NCBI GenBank assembly: GCA_951406725.2
Contig: OX597838.1
Coordinates: 41,788,001-41,852,000 of the forward strand
Direction of reading: 5' to 3'
Origin: Octopus vulgaris
Taxonomy: Eukaryota
DNA: 64,000 nucleotides
Under the pieces are notes generated by a model. That model saw only the letters and a list, made by a program, of their open reading frames with translations. It did no database searches and was not told the origin of the DNA. Positions within the stretch are counted from its first letter, which is position 1. Every line of letters starts with the position of its first letter. Positions 37,630-50,645 of the stretch are shown here, piece after piece. The position numbers and the translations under genes are program-made.

Positions 37630-38061
37630 TCTCTCTATATATAAACGGCAGTTTGTCTGTCTGTGTGTCTGTTAGGTTGTACCCTCACCCTGACCACGGC
37701 TTTCAACCGATTCTGATGAAACTTGACACACACATAGCCCAATGTCATAATTCAAAACTAACGGAGCGAAAATTTTGAAAAGTTCCCCCAGTTCTGAAAA
37801 AAATCGATAAATTCGACATGGGGTCGAGAATCTAAGCTTTTTATATGCAACACATTTTCTGTCTAGGGGACACAACTCGACCTTTTTATCGCCCAAAGGG
37901 ACAGCTAGCAACATCGTATACACAGAAGTATTCGAGTGAAGAGATGACATTGCAACCTACACATGTGCCTTCGTTCCCTAGAGGGAAAGGACTAGATTGG
38001 GATTAGTCGTTGCCTACTAGGGACTCTTACATACCCGGACAACGCCGGGCTATGCTGCTAG
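37630..38061 (+). mobile_element. Non-autonomous Helitron, 432 bp
   Basis: A|TC 5' end, 3' hairpin cccgg-acaacg-ccggg then CTAG|T, no TSD. Retains the helicase C-terminus ...TASNIVYTEVFE* (~37900-37939). Confidence 0.9.
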
Positions 38062-38875
38062 TAACAATATAAAACAAAATGATTACAAATCAAGTTGGTA
38101 TCAAACCTAACTCCATCTATCCATCCTAGGAGGGTCATAGGTGGGTAGAGTCCTCAGACACCTCCTTCATTGGGTCCCATCAGAAGTAACCATCATTAGA
38201 CTTTCAGGTTGGATTCCCAAGCATAACCAACTGAGACTACGGATATTACTCAACTATATCACTCTTAGTCCACCCCTGGGTCTCTTGCTGGTTGGCTCAG
38301 TTTGAAGGATGCGTCTTGTGATTCTTTCCCATGACATTTCAATTCTGTGTCTGTTGTATCAGAACTGTGACCTCTCAATTTGGAGAAGTACCAACTCAAC
38401 CTGGAGAGGCTCCATAATCTCTGAGTTTCGCACTCTGTTGAGTAACGTTACTCCAAGGATCCTATAAATTCTGTGTTATTAATTTTCAGCCATGTTGCTA
38501 AACCATTCCTTGATACAAATGGAATCTCCTCTTATATAGACAGTGAACGGGTTACTATTAGATCCTGCTGAGATTATCCTACAACAGATGTGGGGGAGGG
38601 GGACTGAGATCAACCTAAATGATCCTAAGGATAAGAAGATTACACAGTTAAAGAACATTGGTATACCAGTCCCATTCTAGGGGAGGCCAGTTGAAAGAAT
38701 TAGTAGAGTGCCAGGCAAGATTCCTTGTGCTGTCTGTTCAAACTCTGATGTGCTATGACAGAAATTCCTGCAACAACATCATCATCATCATCATCATTGT
38801 TTTAACGACCACTTTCCCATGCTTGTATGGATCAGACAAAATTTTTTATGGCAGATTTTTTTCTACAACTGTAAT

Positions 38876-39110
38876 GGAGGCACATGGATTAGTGGTTAGG
38901 GTGTCAGACTCATGATTATAAGATTGGGGTTTCGATTCCTGAACCAGGTGATACATTGTGTTCTTGAGCAAAACACTTCATTTCATGTTGCTCCAATCCT
39001 TTCAACTGGCAAAAATGAGTTAATCCTGCATCCCATTCAGGGAGGGCATATGTGCACCATGGAAACCAGGAAACCAATCTTAAGAATTTGTGTGACTTGT
39101 CAAGGAGTTT
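38876..39110 (+). mobile_element. Second tRNA-derived SINE family
   Basis: A-box tggattagtgg, B-box gtttcgattcc, CORE-like gtgttcttgagcaaaacactt. Relatives at ~16590-16830(-) and ~51578-51700. Confidence 0.7.
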
Positions 39111-42100
39111 TAACCTTTTATCTTTATGCTGTGTGTCCTTCAAGTTGCCAACCCTCTCTTTGCTTCTTTGGTATTATTTCCTTGTGATGGACATTTTGGA
39201 GATTGGAAACAAAGAACACTGCTTGTATAACAGTGACACTTGCATTAAAATTATTGCACAACGTCAAGACAAAGACACACACACACACGCATATATGATG
39301 AGCTTCTTTCAGTTTCTATCTACTAAATCCACTCAAGGTTTTGGTTGACCTGGGGCTATAACAGAAGATGCTCAAGATGCCATGCAGTAGGATTGAACTC
39401 AAAGCTATGTAGTTGGGAAGCAGACTACTTAACCACACATCCTCGTACGAAATAAGACTTATAATGCAATGGAGTCTATTAAATGCAACTATAACTTAGC
39501 AGTTCAACAAAAAGATTGTTAAAATAACAGGCTGCAATAAGTACTGAGTTCTGTTTTGGTTAAACCCTTAAAGGTGGTGCCCCAGTATGGCCACAGTCTA
39601 ATGTCTGAAATTAGTTAAAGACTAAAAGAATATACTCCCATTGATGTGTCCACAAATGGTGGAAACAGTCTCCACCCAAGCTGGCAGAGGAGCCTTGAAG
39701 CAGTTGGTCAACCTGTTAGAAATAGCAGCCAAATCTCCCTGCAGTTATAGCATCTTAAAAATAGGTTGACAATGAACAATGTTGTCCCTAAATGTAAAAT
39801 TGATTGACAGATGATCATACTTTTTTTCTTCTTATTATCATAGCCTGTTTGATCATGACTGACTTAGGGTTAAATATCAATCTTCAATGAAATATGAAAG
39901 CATTGTCTCTCGATTAGTGACCAATTTACTTTCTTTTGAAAAGAGCCTAAAATTCAAAAGCATTCCAAGGGGAATTGATGAGAAAGAACTTCTCACTGGA
40001 CATTCAATCTGCTAAAATAGTTGCCAAATCATTAAAATATTCTGGACATTAGATAGTATAGTCCTAGATAAACTGTGCTTGAAAAACAAAAAGGAAAACA
40101 TCCTAAATGTGACCATCCCATTTATCTTCGATCCTAAGTCTGCTCAATCAGGTTTAACCCTTTTCACCTGTCCACCCAAGATTGCTGACATAGTGAGGAG
40201 GACCTGGAACCTGAAATTCTTCTGTTACAACCTTCCATGGTAAACAAGGAAGAGGTCAACCAGCAAAACAAAAATGACATCAGTCAATTTCTATATGACG
40301 CTGGATGCACATTCCAAGAACTTTAAAATGCCATGGATGACAGAGTGGAATGGCAGGCATGTGTAAGGAATGCTGAGAAATTCTCAAACCACTACATTAA
40401 AATTTCCTGTCAATGTTTTGTTCCTAACACCAGTTCACTAAATTCTTCATTATTTTCAAAATAAGTTGAAATGTAGGCAGTGTATTTCAACTAAAATATG
40501 GTAATTTGGTTCTATGGCACAAACTTTCTGTTTTAAAGTGAACTAAATTAGAATTTCCCATTAAAATTTTATATTAGTTTATGTTCTAAACATCATCTTA
40601 ATCCTTTTGATACCAACCTGTCTGAGGATGTTTTTGGTTTTATGAGACAAACGTCTTGGTTTAAGATTAACTAAATTAAAACATTCCATTAAAATTCCAT
40701 GTTAATTTTGTATCAAAGGCCAGCTTATTATTGACAAAATTATTTCATTGAATTTTTCCTTGATTTAAAATCTGATTGAAGCAAACGGCAGTGCATTTTG
40801 ACAGGAATATGGTAACGAAAGGCATTAATCATTAACGAGCACTCCAAGCACCAAAGAATTTCTGCTAAATCAAGTCTCGAAGCCAACGTCTTCTGATTGC
40901 CAGTCGTTGCTATTTTATTTCCTTGGGAAAGACAGGAACGTCTCAACACCTTTGCAGCTCTCCCTAGAGCCAATAAGGTTGACCACTCTAGCATCAAGTC
41001 AAGCAATTAACAATTTAATCCATTAAAAAATCAGATATGAATGGATGGTGGGGCAGGGGGGGGGGGGAGGTTAATGATGTGGCTAAAAACAAAGGTGTTT
41101 TATTTTATTTTCATTTGGATTGAGTCAGAGCAAAAGGTGTTCCAGCTCATTGCATTCTGAGTTCAAATCTTGGCACAGTCAGTACTCTGCTTCCAGGACT
41201 AATAAAGTAAGACATTATTGCCTTCCCCCAACCTTCTCTCTCTCTTTCTCTCTCTCACTCACAATTGGTTGAACTCTTCCTGATTGTTGCTGTTCAAATA
41301 AAAAGACACTTGTCCAGTCTCAAATCCAGGTGAAAGAAGAAGACCCAACTGAGGGCTACATCCACTTCTCATAAAAGCTAGCTTGCTGACAGGGACCACC
41401 CAAAGAACTCAAAGGAAACCTTTGCAGACAAGGTAGGCATGGATGGATTAATATGCAATGCAGTATAGGACAGACAGGAAACTAAGGAGTTTCCTTCCCA
41501 ATTACATGGTTTTGGGTTCAGTTCTAGTGCATAACAACTTGGGTAAGAATCTTATAACCCCAGAGCCAGTGAATGGATTTGGTATATAGAAACTGAAAGA
41601 AGCCTGTTGTATATTTATATGTATCTGTGTCCTTGTCTTGACATCACATGATGGTTGTAAAGGAGTGTCACCATCATACAAGCAGTGTCAGTTGTTTTCA
41701 GTCTTTCATGAAAACCTGTCTAGCCATAGAGAAATATTATCTTACTTGGAAATAAGTGGGGGTTAGCAACAGGTACAGCATCTGTCTGTAGAAGATCTAC
41801 CTGAATGATTTTGCCTTTGCAAACATAGTAAAGTAGACATTAAAATGATGATGATGAGAGCCACTAGGGTATAAGGGTACCATCCAACTATTTGTGGTGT
41901 CCATGTTTTATCATCTCGATTGTACTGTGCCCTTGGGTCAAAGACATTTAACTCAATGGCTCAACCCATTCCAGTGTAAATAGACACCATGCAGAGGCAT
42001 AATTAGTGTGGCACTGTATCATTAATGTGTTTGTCATTTCACAATGTCTTCCATTGTTCTTATCCCGAGGCATAAAGTTAGCAGAATTAGAGGAAAATTG

Positions 42101-42333
42101 CTTTGCAATATTTGTTCCAACTCATTACATCTCAAGTTCAAATCTTGCTGAGGTTAATTTTGTCTTTCATCTTTTTGGGGTTGATAAAATAAAGTTCCAG
42201 ATGGGAGTGCTTCAGTTGATGGTGTCTATTGATGCCTTGCCCTCAAAAATGCAGGCCTTCTGCCTAAATTTTTCATCTGAAATTATAATAAAATTCATGA
42301 AATTATAAAGCTTTTGTTATTTCATCCATCCAG

Positions 42334-42414
42334 GGTCAGTAACCAAGGGCAAACCCCACCACCACAGATAAAGTCTACAGATGATGAGGGAGACAAAATC
42401 ACTGTTGTACTGAG
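42334..42414 (+). CDS. KIF12: KIF12-like kinesin exon
   Basis: AG/GT bounded. Reads VSNQGQTPPPQIKSTDDEGDKITVVL(R) and joins the next exon to make the motor-start motif ITVVLRVRPL. Confidence 0.85.
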
Positions 42415-42948
42415 GTGAGAATTTTATTATTCTGTTCCCTTGTAACTTTTGACTCCCATTTCTCATCTTTTAATGCATAAAATAAACCTGAACAGGACAC
42501 GGCACAATCCGCTTGACCTCACCAATTTGCTCTCTGTATTGTTTGCTGTATTTACGAGCATCTAAGTTGAATTTTTCAGACTAAAATTCACAGCCCAAAA
42601 AAAAAAAAAGGTTGATTGACTTATAGACCAGAATGACTTTGAAGGACCAAAATTTCCATGTAAAATGCCGCAGAATTTGGAAAGATGGAAATGATTTTTG
42701 AATGTTTACCTTATATACTATGTTATCTTGTATGCTGGAACATACGGTAGTTTGTAAATGAATATATAAATTGACTCTTAAATGAAGATAATAGTAAAGT
42801 GGTAGCAAAGCAAGACATTTTTATTAAAATTCAACTGTTAACAATGAGAGGAAATCATAAAAACTGTTATTTAAGTTATTCTGATCAAAAACAGCAAGGG
42901 AGATGGTCTTGAAATTTTACTTAACATCAATTATTAAATATAAAATAC

Positions 42949-43340
42949 AGTGGCTGTGTGGTAAGTAGCTTGCTTACGAACCACATGGTTCTGGGTTCAG
43001 TCCCACTGCGTGGCACCTTGGGCAGGTGTCTTCTACTATAGCCTCGGGCTGACCAAAGCCTTGTGAGTGGATTTGGTAGGCGGAAACTGAAAGAAGCCCG
43101 TCGTATATATGTGTGTGTGTATATGTCTGTGTGTCTGTGTTTGTCCCCCCCCAACATCGCTTGACAACCGATGCTGGTGTGTTTACGTCCCCGTAACTTA
43201 GCGGATCGGCAAAAGAGACTGATAGATTAAGTACTAGGCATACAAAGAATAAGTCCTGGGGCCGATTTGCTTGGCTAAAGGCGGTGCTCCAGCATGGCCG
43301 CAGTCAAATGACTGAAACAAGTAAAAGAGTAAAGAGTAAA
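42949..43340 (+). mobile_element. tRNA-derived CORE-type SINE, young copy
   Basis: Nearly identical to the 15985 and 44954 copies; CpGs retained. Confidence 0.9.
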
Positions 43341-44953
43341 TTCACTTATATATAGAATTTATATAGAGTGAGACTGGTTGTTACCAGTTTGTGACAAATT
43401 CGTACATGCTTCAGTCTAATTAAATCTCATCAGTTAAGTAGATCCTAACAATAACTGGCAAAAGTGATATAGGGCTTTTTCATGAATAAACACTTAAAAG
43501 AGTGACCGGAGAATAAAAGCTCCATGGAGACCAGCTGTAGGGAAACTTATTAGTAAAATAAACGAGTCACTTGAATGGAGTTGGTTTGCCTGAATATGAA
43601 GAGAACCTGTCTGCAACGTTGATTTCCATTATACACAGGACACCAACATATGCCTCCTTTTGTTTATGTAGATAGAAACTAAAGGAAGGCTGTGTGGTTA
43701 AGAAGCTTGCTTCCCAGTCAGATGGTTCTGTGTTCAGGCTCACTTGTAACACCTTAGGTCTATAGTCTTTGATTATAGACCAATCCGGGGGTGGGGGGTG
43801 ACTGAAACCTTGTGAATGGATTTGGTAAATAGAAACTGAAAGTGGCCAGTTGTGTGTGTGTGTGAGAGGGTGGGTTGGAGTTTCCTTGTCTTGACCTTGT
43901 ATGACAGTTGTAGAGGCTGTGTCCATTGTTTCCAATCCCAGTGAAAACATGTCTGGCCATGGGCAAATATTACGTCACTTGGAAACAGGTGATGGATGGC
44001 ATCCAGATAGAGAAAACCTGCCTCATCTGACCTACATGAACATGGAAAAGTGGATGCGATGACAATGCTGGTGATATATAATGTGTGTGCAAATGGTGAT
44101 GTCACATGACTTCAGTTGGGCAAGACAGTGCATTATGTTGACATTACAATCAGTTTCTCTGCTTTCAAAGACCTGTGGGATAAAACAAAATTCATTATTT
44201 TAAGAGCATAGGGTCATAAAATCTTGGTTTAAGTATGTCCCTGTCTAACCCATGCTAGCATGGAAAAATGGATGTTAAAATGAACAAATGACTGAACTAA
44301 AAGAAAACAATTGTTGTTTATGCTGTAGTATCCCTTTATGTCCTATAACTTTGCAGATTGACAAATAGAGATTGATAGAATTAGCAGCAGATTGAAATAA
44401 GTATTAGGTTTGATATAATTAGCTAAACTCTTGAAAGCAATGCCCCAGCATTGCCACACTCTAATGATTAAAACTAGTGAAAGAATAAAAAATAATCAAA
44501 CAGGGTGTTGTAATCAATTGAATCACCTTTTAGTATTTGTTTTATTAACCCCAGAAAAATAAAATAAAATAAAAAGCTAAGTTGGCCACACTGAGATTTG
44601 AACTCCAGAAGACAGCATATGACATTACGTTTGAAACTCTACTTTTTTTTATTTCATCTAGAAAAGAAACATTCGAATAAGTGGGAAAAGTGAGTTATAT
44701 TTTTATTCTCAGGATATATTTTTAGTCTTGGCCTAGTTTTCATGTTGAAACGATGGCAGTAGCCCTAGGCCTTTTCTTGACAATGATCTTCAAAAAGCTT
44801 CATCTTAGCTTCAAGAAACCAGTGTTTTGGCTGAGATTTCAAGACTTTTCAGCTTTTTTTTTTATGTCATTTTATGCCACCCTTTGACAAGTGCAATTTG
44901 TTTTCTAAAACATATAATAAGTTATTTTAAGATTTAAGTATAAGTTAAAGAAT

Positions 44954-45330
44954 AGGCGCAAGAGAGGCTGTGTGGTAAGTAGCTTGCTTACAAACCACAT
45001 GGTTCCGGGTTCAGTCCCACTGCGTGGCACCTTGGGCAAGTGTCTTCTACTATAGCTTCGGGCCGACCAAAGCCTTGTGAGTGGATTTGGTAGACAGAAA
45101 CTGAAAGAAGCCTGTCATATGTGTGTGTGTGTTTGTCCCCCCAACATCGTTTGACAACCAATGCTGGTGTGTCTACGTTCCCATAACTTAGCGGTTCGGC
45201 AAAAGAGGACCAATAGAATAAATACTAGGCTTACAAAGAATAAGTCCTGGGGGTCGATTTTCTCGACTAAAGGTGGTGCTCCAGCATGGCCACAGTCAAA
45301 TGACTGAAACAAGTAAAAGAGAAAAGAGAG
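44954..45330 (+). mobile_element. tRNA-derived CORE-type SINE, full-length copy
   Basis: Starts aggcgca..ggctgtgtggtaag and ends gtaaaagagaaaagag. Confidence 0.9.
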
Positions 45331-46483
45331 AGAGAAGATATCTTAATCTTTTAATTAGGGTTTAATTTTAAGTTACAAGAGACCAATGTCTTTGCACAGG
45401 TTTTTTTTTTTTAATACATGTTCCTCAGGGGAAGGAAGGTAGCATGTTGTGTCTTCCTTTTGTAAGGCCAGATGAGGAGAAACAAAATCAGGAATTATTG
45501 AGGGTCCCAGTTCTAAGGGAATTGTTTTGTGTGGGACATTTAGAAAACGAGACACAGTAACAAGAGGAGGAAGGAGACGGGTCCATTGTTTTGGGTGGAG
45601 AGATAAAGTGGATAGAATATGAATGTTTTGTGAGAATTATGCAAGCCTTGTACAAGGGTGGTGACATCCAAGTGAATGAAATCTCCTCAAATTACTTCCT
45701 TCTCTCTTTAAAAATACCAGATATCATTGGATCATGTCGTCTGTTGTACACCATTTTTCAGTCTCTTATTTATTTCACTGCTTTTGAAGAATTTTAGTCG
45801 AATGAATCGACTCCGGTAATTATTCTTTTTAAGTCTGGCACTTATTCTATCGCTCTCTTTTACTGAACTTCTAAGTTAATCAGACATAAACACAGCGATA
45901 CTGGTTGTCAAATGATGGCAGGACACATACACACAGAGTTGAAATTTATAGAAAAACAAAAGACAAAGACAGGTGTGTGAACTACAAGCAGGTGTGTTAG
46001 TTTGATACTCAGGAAAAGTGAGAAAGTCTTTTACGTTTTGAGCCTACACTCGTCAACAGAAGGGAACAAGAGAAAATAAACAGAGAAAGAATGAAAAAAA
46101 AAAAAAACTAGTAGATTTCAGCAGTCCAGCCTATCATATATATATGACGGGCTTCTTTCAGTTTCTATCTACCAAATTCACTCACAAGGTTTTGATTAGC
46201 CTGAGGGAATAGCAGAAAACACTTGCTCAAAATGCCAAGCAAGCTTCTTACCACAAAGCCATGCTTACAGCTAGGCAAAAAAAAAAACAAAAAAAAGAAA
46301 AATAGGTGGGATTTGCACAACTAGAATACATTTGATTACAAGTTTGCTCAATCAAGGGTGACCTGGGGTCAAACAACAACAGCAACAACAAAGTAAGCAT
46401 ATCTCCCCCCCACACACACACACATACATACAGAAGACAAACATTCTTGTAATTGCCTCTTCAACATCTCCATAATGTCCACA

Positions 46484-46514
<31 letters not shown>

Positions 46515-47677
46515 GAAGTCAAAGAACAAAATGTATTGATAACGGGTAGAGAGGAAAAGAAGAGAGAGAGAGCCTTGTCACCAAAGACTGCTGACCTGTT
46601 TCTTGGCTCTACTGTAATCCCATATAATCCAACAAGTCTCCATGGGGGGATTAATATTATGGCTTTCCTCTTTTCCTGCTTTGTTTAAATATTCCCATTA
46701 TTTCAAAATTTTATCACCCATCTGCTATAAACAATAATCTGTTCTACTTCAGTTTAGTGGAGGGACTCAGTTCATTTTACTCTCTCAGTGCTATGGGGAT
46801 TGGTCGGAGAAACAACACTCATGTTATTGAACACCTTGCTCTCCGGCCGATGTAAAAGCAAATTATGGCTTTCATAACCTTTTATTGATCGTTTCATAGC
46901 AATCATAAAACATGTTATTGTATGAAATTTATTTAAAACCTCTTGTTATTGTATTTCTGTTGAAATACACTACCCTTGTTACAATTAATTCAAATAAAGA
47001 ACTTACTAAAATAACTTTGTTATTGTAATGCTGGTGTTTGGAACATAAAATTAAGATAAAATTTTCATAAAGGATCTTTAATTTAAATCATTTCAACACA
47101 GGATGTTTGTGTCATAGAACCAAGAGGAATGGTCACAGGTGGATTGTGTATGAAAAGGGTTAGCTTTAGTTTTCTAGATAGGGCAGTGAATTAGTAGAGT
47201 CATTAGAACATGGAAGAATAAAAGACCTTCTGGCATTTGTTTTGGTTCTCTGAGCAGTGTTCAAATCCAGCCATGGTCATCTCAGCTTTTGATTTCTTTT
47301 TTTTCTTTCTTTTTTTTTTCTCAGGGTTGATAAAATAAAGTAACATTCTTGAGCATCAGACTGACAGAATGAACTTGGGATACTGATACCTTGTGGTATT
47401 CTAGCTCTCTCTATTCTGAATTCTGAGCTGTAAGACAACTTAAGCAACACTTTAACACCACAACCTGAACTTTGGGTGTCTTTAGCTAAATTCATTTCAT
47501 TGGGGTCTCATATCTAAGGATAACTTCCATCTTCCTTTCTCAACTACATGGTTTCGGGTTCAATCTCACTGCATGGCACCTTGGCCAAATGTCTTCTAAC
47601 AACAACAACAACAACTTTCTGAAGGGATTTGGTGACTGCAAATTGAATTGAAAGAAGCCAGCTGTACACAGCCTCAC

Positions 47678-48530
47678 ATTAGGTTGGAAAGAAAATCTTG
47701 TCACATTTCCAGATGGGAAAAAAACAAATGTTTCTTTGCTTTTATTTGACTTATTCAATTAAGACAATAATTCCCCTCATTATTGATTAAGTAATCTCGT
47801 CTATTTAATAAACTGGAAAATTCTTCATGTTTTGAAACAAAGAAACTCTCAACATCTCTATAAACCTTTCCATACTTAATAAGCTGTTTTCTCTCTAAAT
47901 AATGCTGCAATGATCTGAAAAGATGATAGTCAGATGGGTCAAGATCAGGGAAGTAAGGAGGGTGAGGCAAAACTTCGGAGTGACTCAGGCAATATGCCAC
48001 CTATGATTGGCAAAGGAATTTGTCTGCCAATTTTCGTGCCATGCTTCCAATTCACGACAATACTTCTCCACATTGTTTCATTTTGGTTTCACACTTCATC
48101 ATAGACAACACTCTTCATATCCCACTGGCATAGAGCCAAACGTATTCCGAGTATAGTCATGGTTTGAGATTATATTCTCTTGTTTCATTGGGTGCTAACC
48201 ATTGTCATTTCCATTGGATATGATTATTAAGAGAACTCACTATTCATCACTTGTGAAGATTCTACCCAGGAAAGGTTTGTTAATAACAAGTCTAATCTTC
48301 AATGATGAGCAGAAGGCAACTCTTTGATTGAACTGGAAAGCAATCAGATGATGCGAGACTCACTGAACAAGTTTATAGACTTATCTAGTCCGTCATGAAG
48401 GTATTTTATGACCAAAGAGTCACTTGAATTGAACTGCTTTGCTAATTCTCAGATAGCTTTGCTTTGCATTTTCCTCAACTACGATTTTCAGAAGCTCAAT
48501 AATGAGAAAGAGCCTAGTCATCCATATTGA
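47678..48530 (-). mobile_element. Degenerate mariner element
   Basis: Reads EVLPHPPYFPDLDPSDYHLFRSLQHYL (YSPDLAPSDY motif); TIR-like attaggttgg at the left end. Confidence 0.8.
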
Positions 48531-48661
48531 GAGGAATAATGAGTCTATATAGAGTGACAACGGTAATAATGGGTGTATATATTGTGACAACTGTATTAAC
48601 TGGCTTCACTTCATTCATTTATTTTTTTTCTTTGTTTTGGTCATTATTTCAATTTCAACAG

Positions 48662-48740
48662 GGTACGACCTCTGACACCAACAGAAATCAGTCGCAAAGA
48701 CAGTAACATCATCACATTTCAAGACAGAGGCTCTCTTTTG
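48662..48740 (+). CDS. KIF12: KIF12-like kinesin exon
   Basis: Reads VRPLTPTEISRKDSNIITFQDRGSLL; canonical splice sites and consistent phases. Confidence 0.9.
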
Positions 48741-49597
48741 GTATGTACTTCATCCCAGAACAATAATCATTTAATACTTGTGAGTGTGTGTGTGAAAGAG
48801 AGTGAGAGAACAAATAAGAACGTGTGTGTCTGCCCTTTGTTTTGACATCATGCATCACCCTCATACAAGTAGTGTTTCCAGTCAAAAAAACAATGTTTGG
48901 CCATGGGGAAATATGAGCTTGATCGGAAACAGGTGAGGGTCACCAGCAGGAAGAGCATCCATCCATAGAAGACCAGACTCAACAAATTCCATCCAACCTG
49001 TGACAGCATGGAAAAGTAGACATTAAAACGATGATGATGCTATGACATCACAGATGTTAGTGTTTCTGTTAGCTTCATTAAACTAATTTAATTAACATAT
49101 TCTCCTTCTACAATTTCTAGCAAAGCTTGACCCAAATATCATGGACTTCCCTCTCAGTGTATTGCAGATTTATTTAAATGTTCTGATTTTGTCATTTACA
49201 AATCAAGGCCTAAACCAGCCACTGAGAAAATGTAGATTACTCTCTGTCCCTCACTGAGTTGAGCACAGGCCACATGGCCACAGCAGATGAGGAAGTATCT
49301 TGTAGAGATGGAGACTGATGGTGACTCTGTTCAACAGGTCTCTTAAGAGGACCAGGGAATATACCAACAAATTGTGGATGCACTAATGTGCTGCAGTGGG
49401 GCATGCCCCCATATCTCACCTTACTTCACCCTACAAAATAGAGCTGGTTGATATGCACCTGCAGTCAGCAGACCTTGATATAGTTCCAGCATAGGTTCAG
49501 AAAGTTAAAGGCCCTCTGGTCACTAGACTACTACCCTGGACAAAATACTGCAGCTTCACAGCATTCAACCACTTACATACACTAAGTATGTCATATT

Positions 49598-50645
49598 CAT
49601 CATCGTCATCGTTTAACGTCCGCTTTCCATGCTAGCATGGGTTGGACAGTTTGACCGGGGTCTGGGAAGCCAGGAGGCTGCACCAGGCTCCAGTCTGATC
49701 TGGCAGTGTTTCTACAGCTTGATGCCCTTCCTGACGCTAACCACTCCATGAGTGTAGTGGGTGCTTTTTACGTTCCACTGGCACAGGTGCCAGGCGAGGC
49801 TGGCAACGGCCACGATCAGTTGGTGCTTTTTACGTGCCACCAGCACAGAGGCCAGCCGAGGCGGCGCTGGCAACGGCCACGTTCGGATGGTTCTTTTACG
49901 TGCCATCGACACTGGTATCGCAATTGCAATTTCCATTGATTTTTGATCGATTTCGATTTCACTTGCCTCAACAGGTCTTCGCAAGCAGAGTTTTGCGTCC
50001 CAAGAAGGAAAGGTATGCATAAGTGGACTGGCTACATCCCAGGTAGAGGCCATGGGTCTCACTTGTCCTGCCGGGTCTTCACATGCACAGCATACTTCCA
50101 AATGTCTCGGTGAGACCTAATGTTCGAAGGTCATGCTTCACCACCTCGTCCCAGGTTTTTCTGGGTCTACCTCTTCCACAGGTTCCCTCAACCACTAGGG
50201 TGTGGCACTTTTTCACGCAAATATCTTCATCCATTCTCGCCACATGACCATACCAGCGCAATCATCTCTCTTGCACACCACAACTGATGCTTCTTAGGTC
50301 CAACTTTGCTCTCAGAGTACTTACACTCTGTCGAGTATGAACACTGACATTACACATCCATCGGAGCATACTGACTTCATTCCTTGCAAGCTTATGCATA
50401 TTCTCAGCAGTCACGGCCCATGTTTCACTGCCATGTAGCATGGCTGTTCGTACACATGCGTTATATAGTCTGCCTTTTACTCAGAGCGAGAGGCCTTTTG
50501 TCACCAGTAGAGGTAAGAGCTCTCTGAACTTTGCCCAGGCTATTCTTACTCTCGCAGTTACACTTTCAGCACACCCACCCCCGCTACTGACTTGGTCACC
50601 TAGGTAATGGAAGCGATCAACTACTAGATTTTCTCCCTGGAATGT
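49598..50645 (-). mobile_element. 5'-truncated RTE LINE, same family as 33796-35495
   Basis: Reads FQGE...YLGDQVSSGGGCAESV...RWYGHVARMDED...GRGRPRKTWDEVV, plus the 3'UTR. Confidence 0.9.

Noticed and set aside
37712-37725. CTGATGAAAC as a hammerhead core
   Set aside because: No stem II or downstream GAAA; it is part of the Helitron subterminal sequence.
41393-41432. Alternative upstream kinesin exon with phase-2 donor (ACAAG/GTAGGC)
   Set aside because: Weak acceptor, an in-frame stop upstream, no ATG, and entry phase incompatible with the 22720 donor; not excluded but unsupported.
44954-45030. tRNA gene
   Set aside because: The A/B boxes are SINE heads that continue into CORE and tail sequence; no complete cloverleaf.
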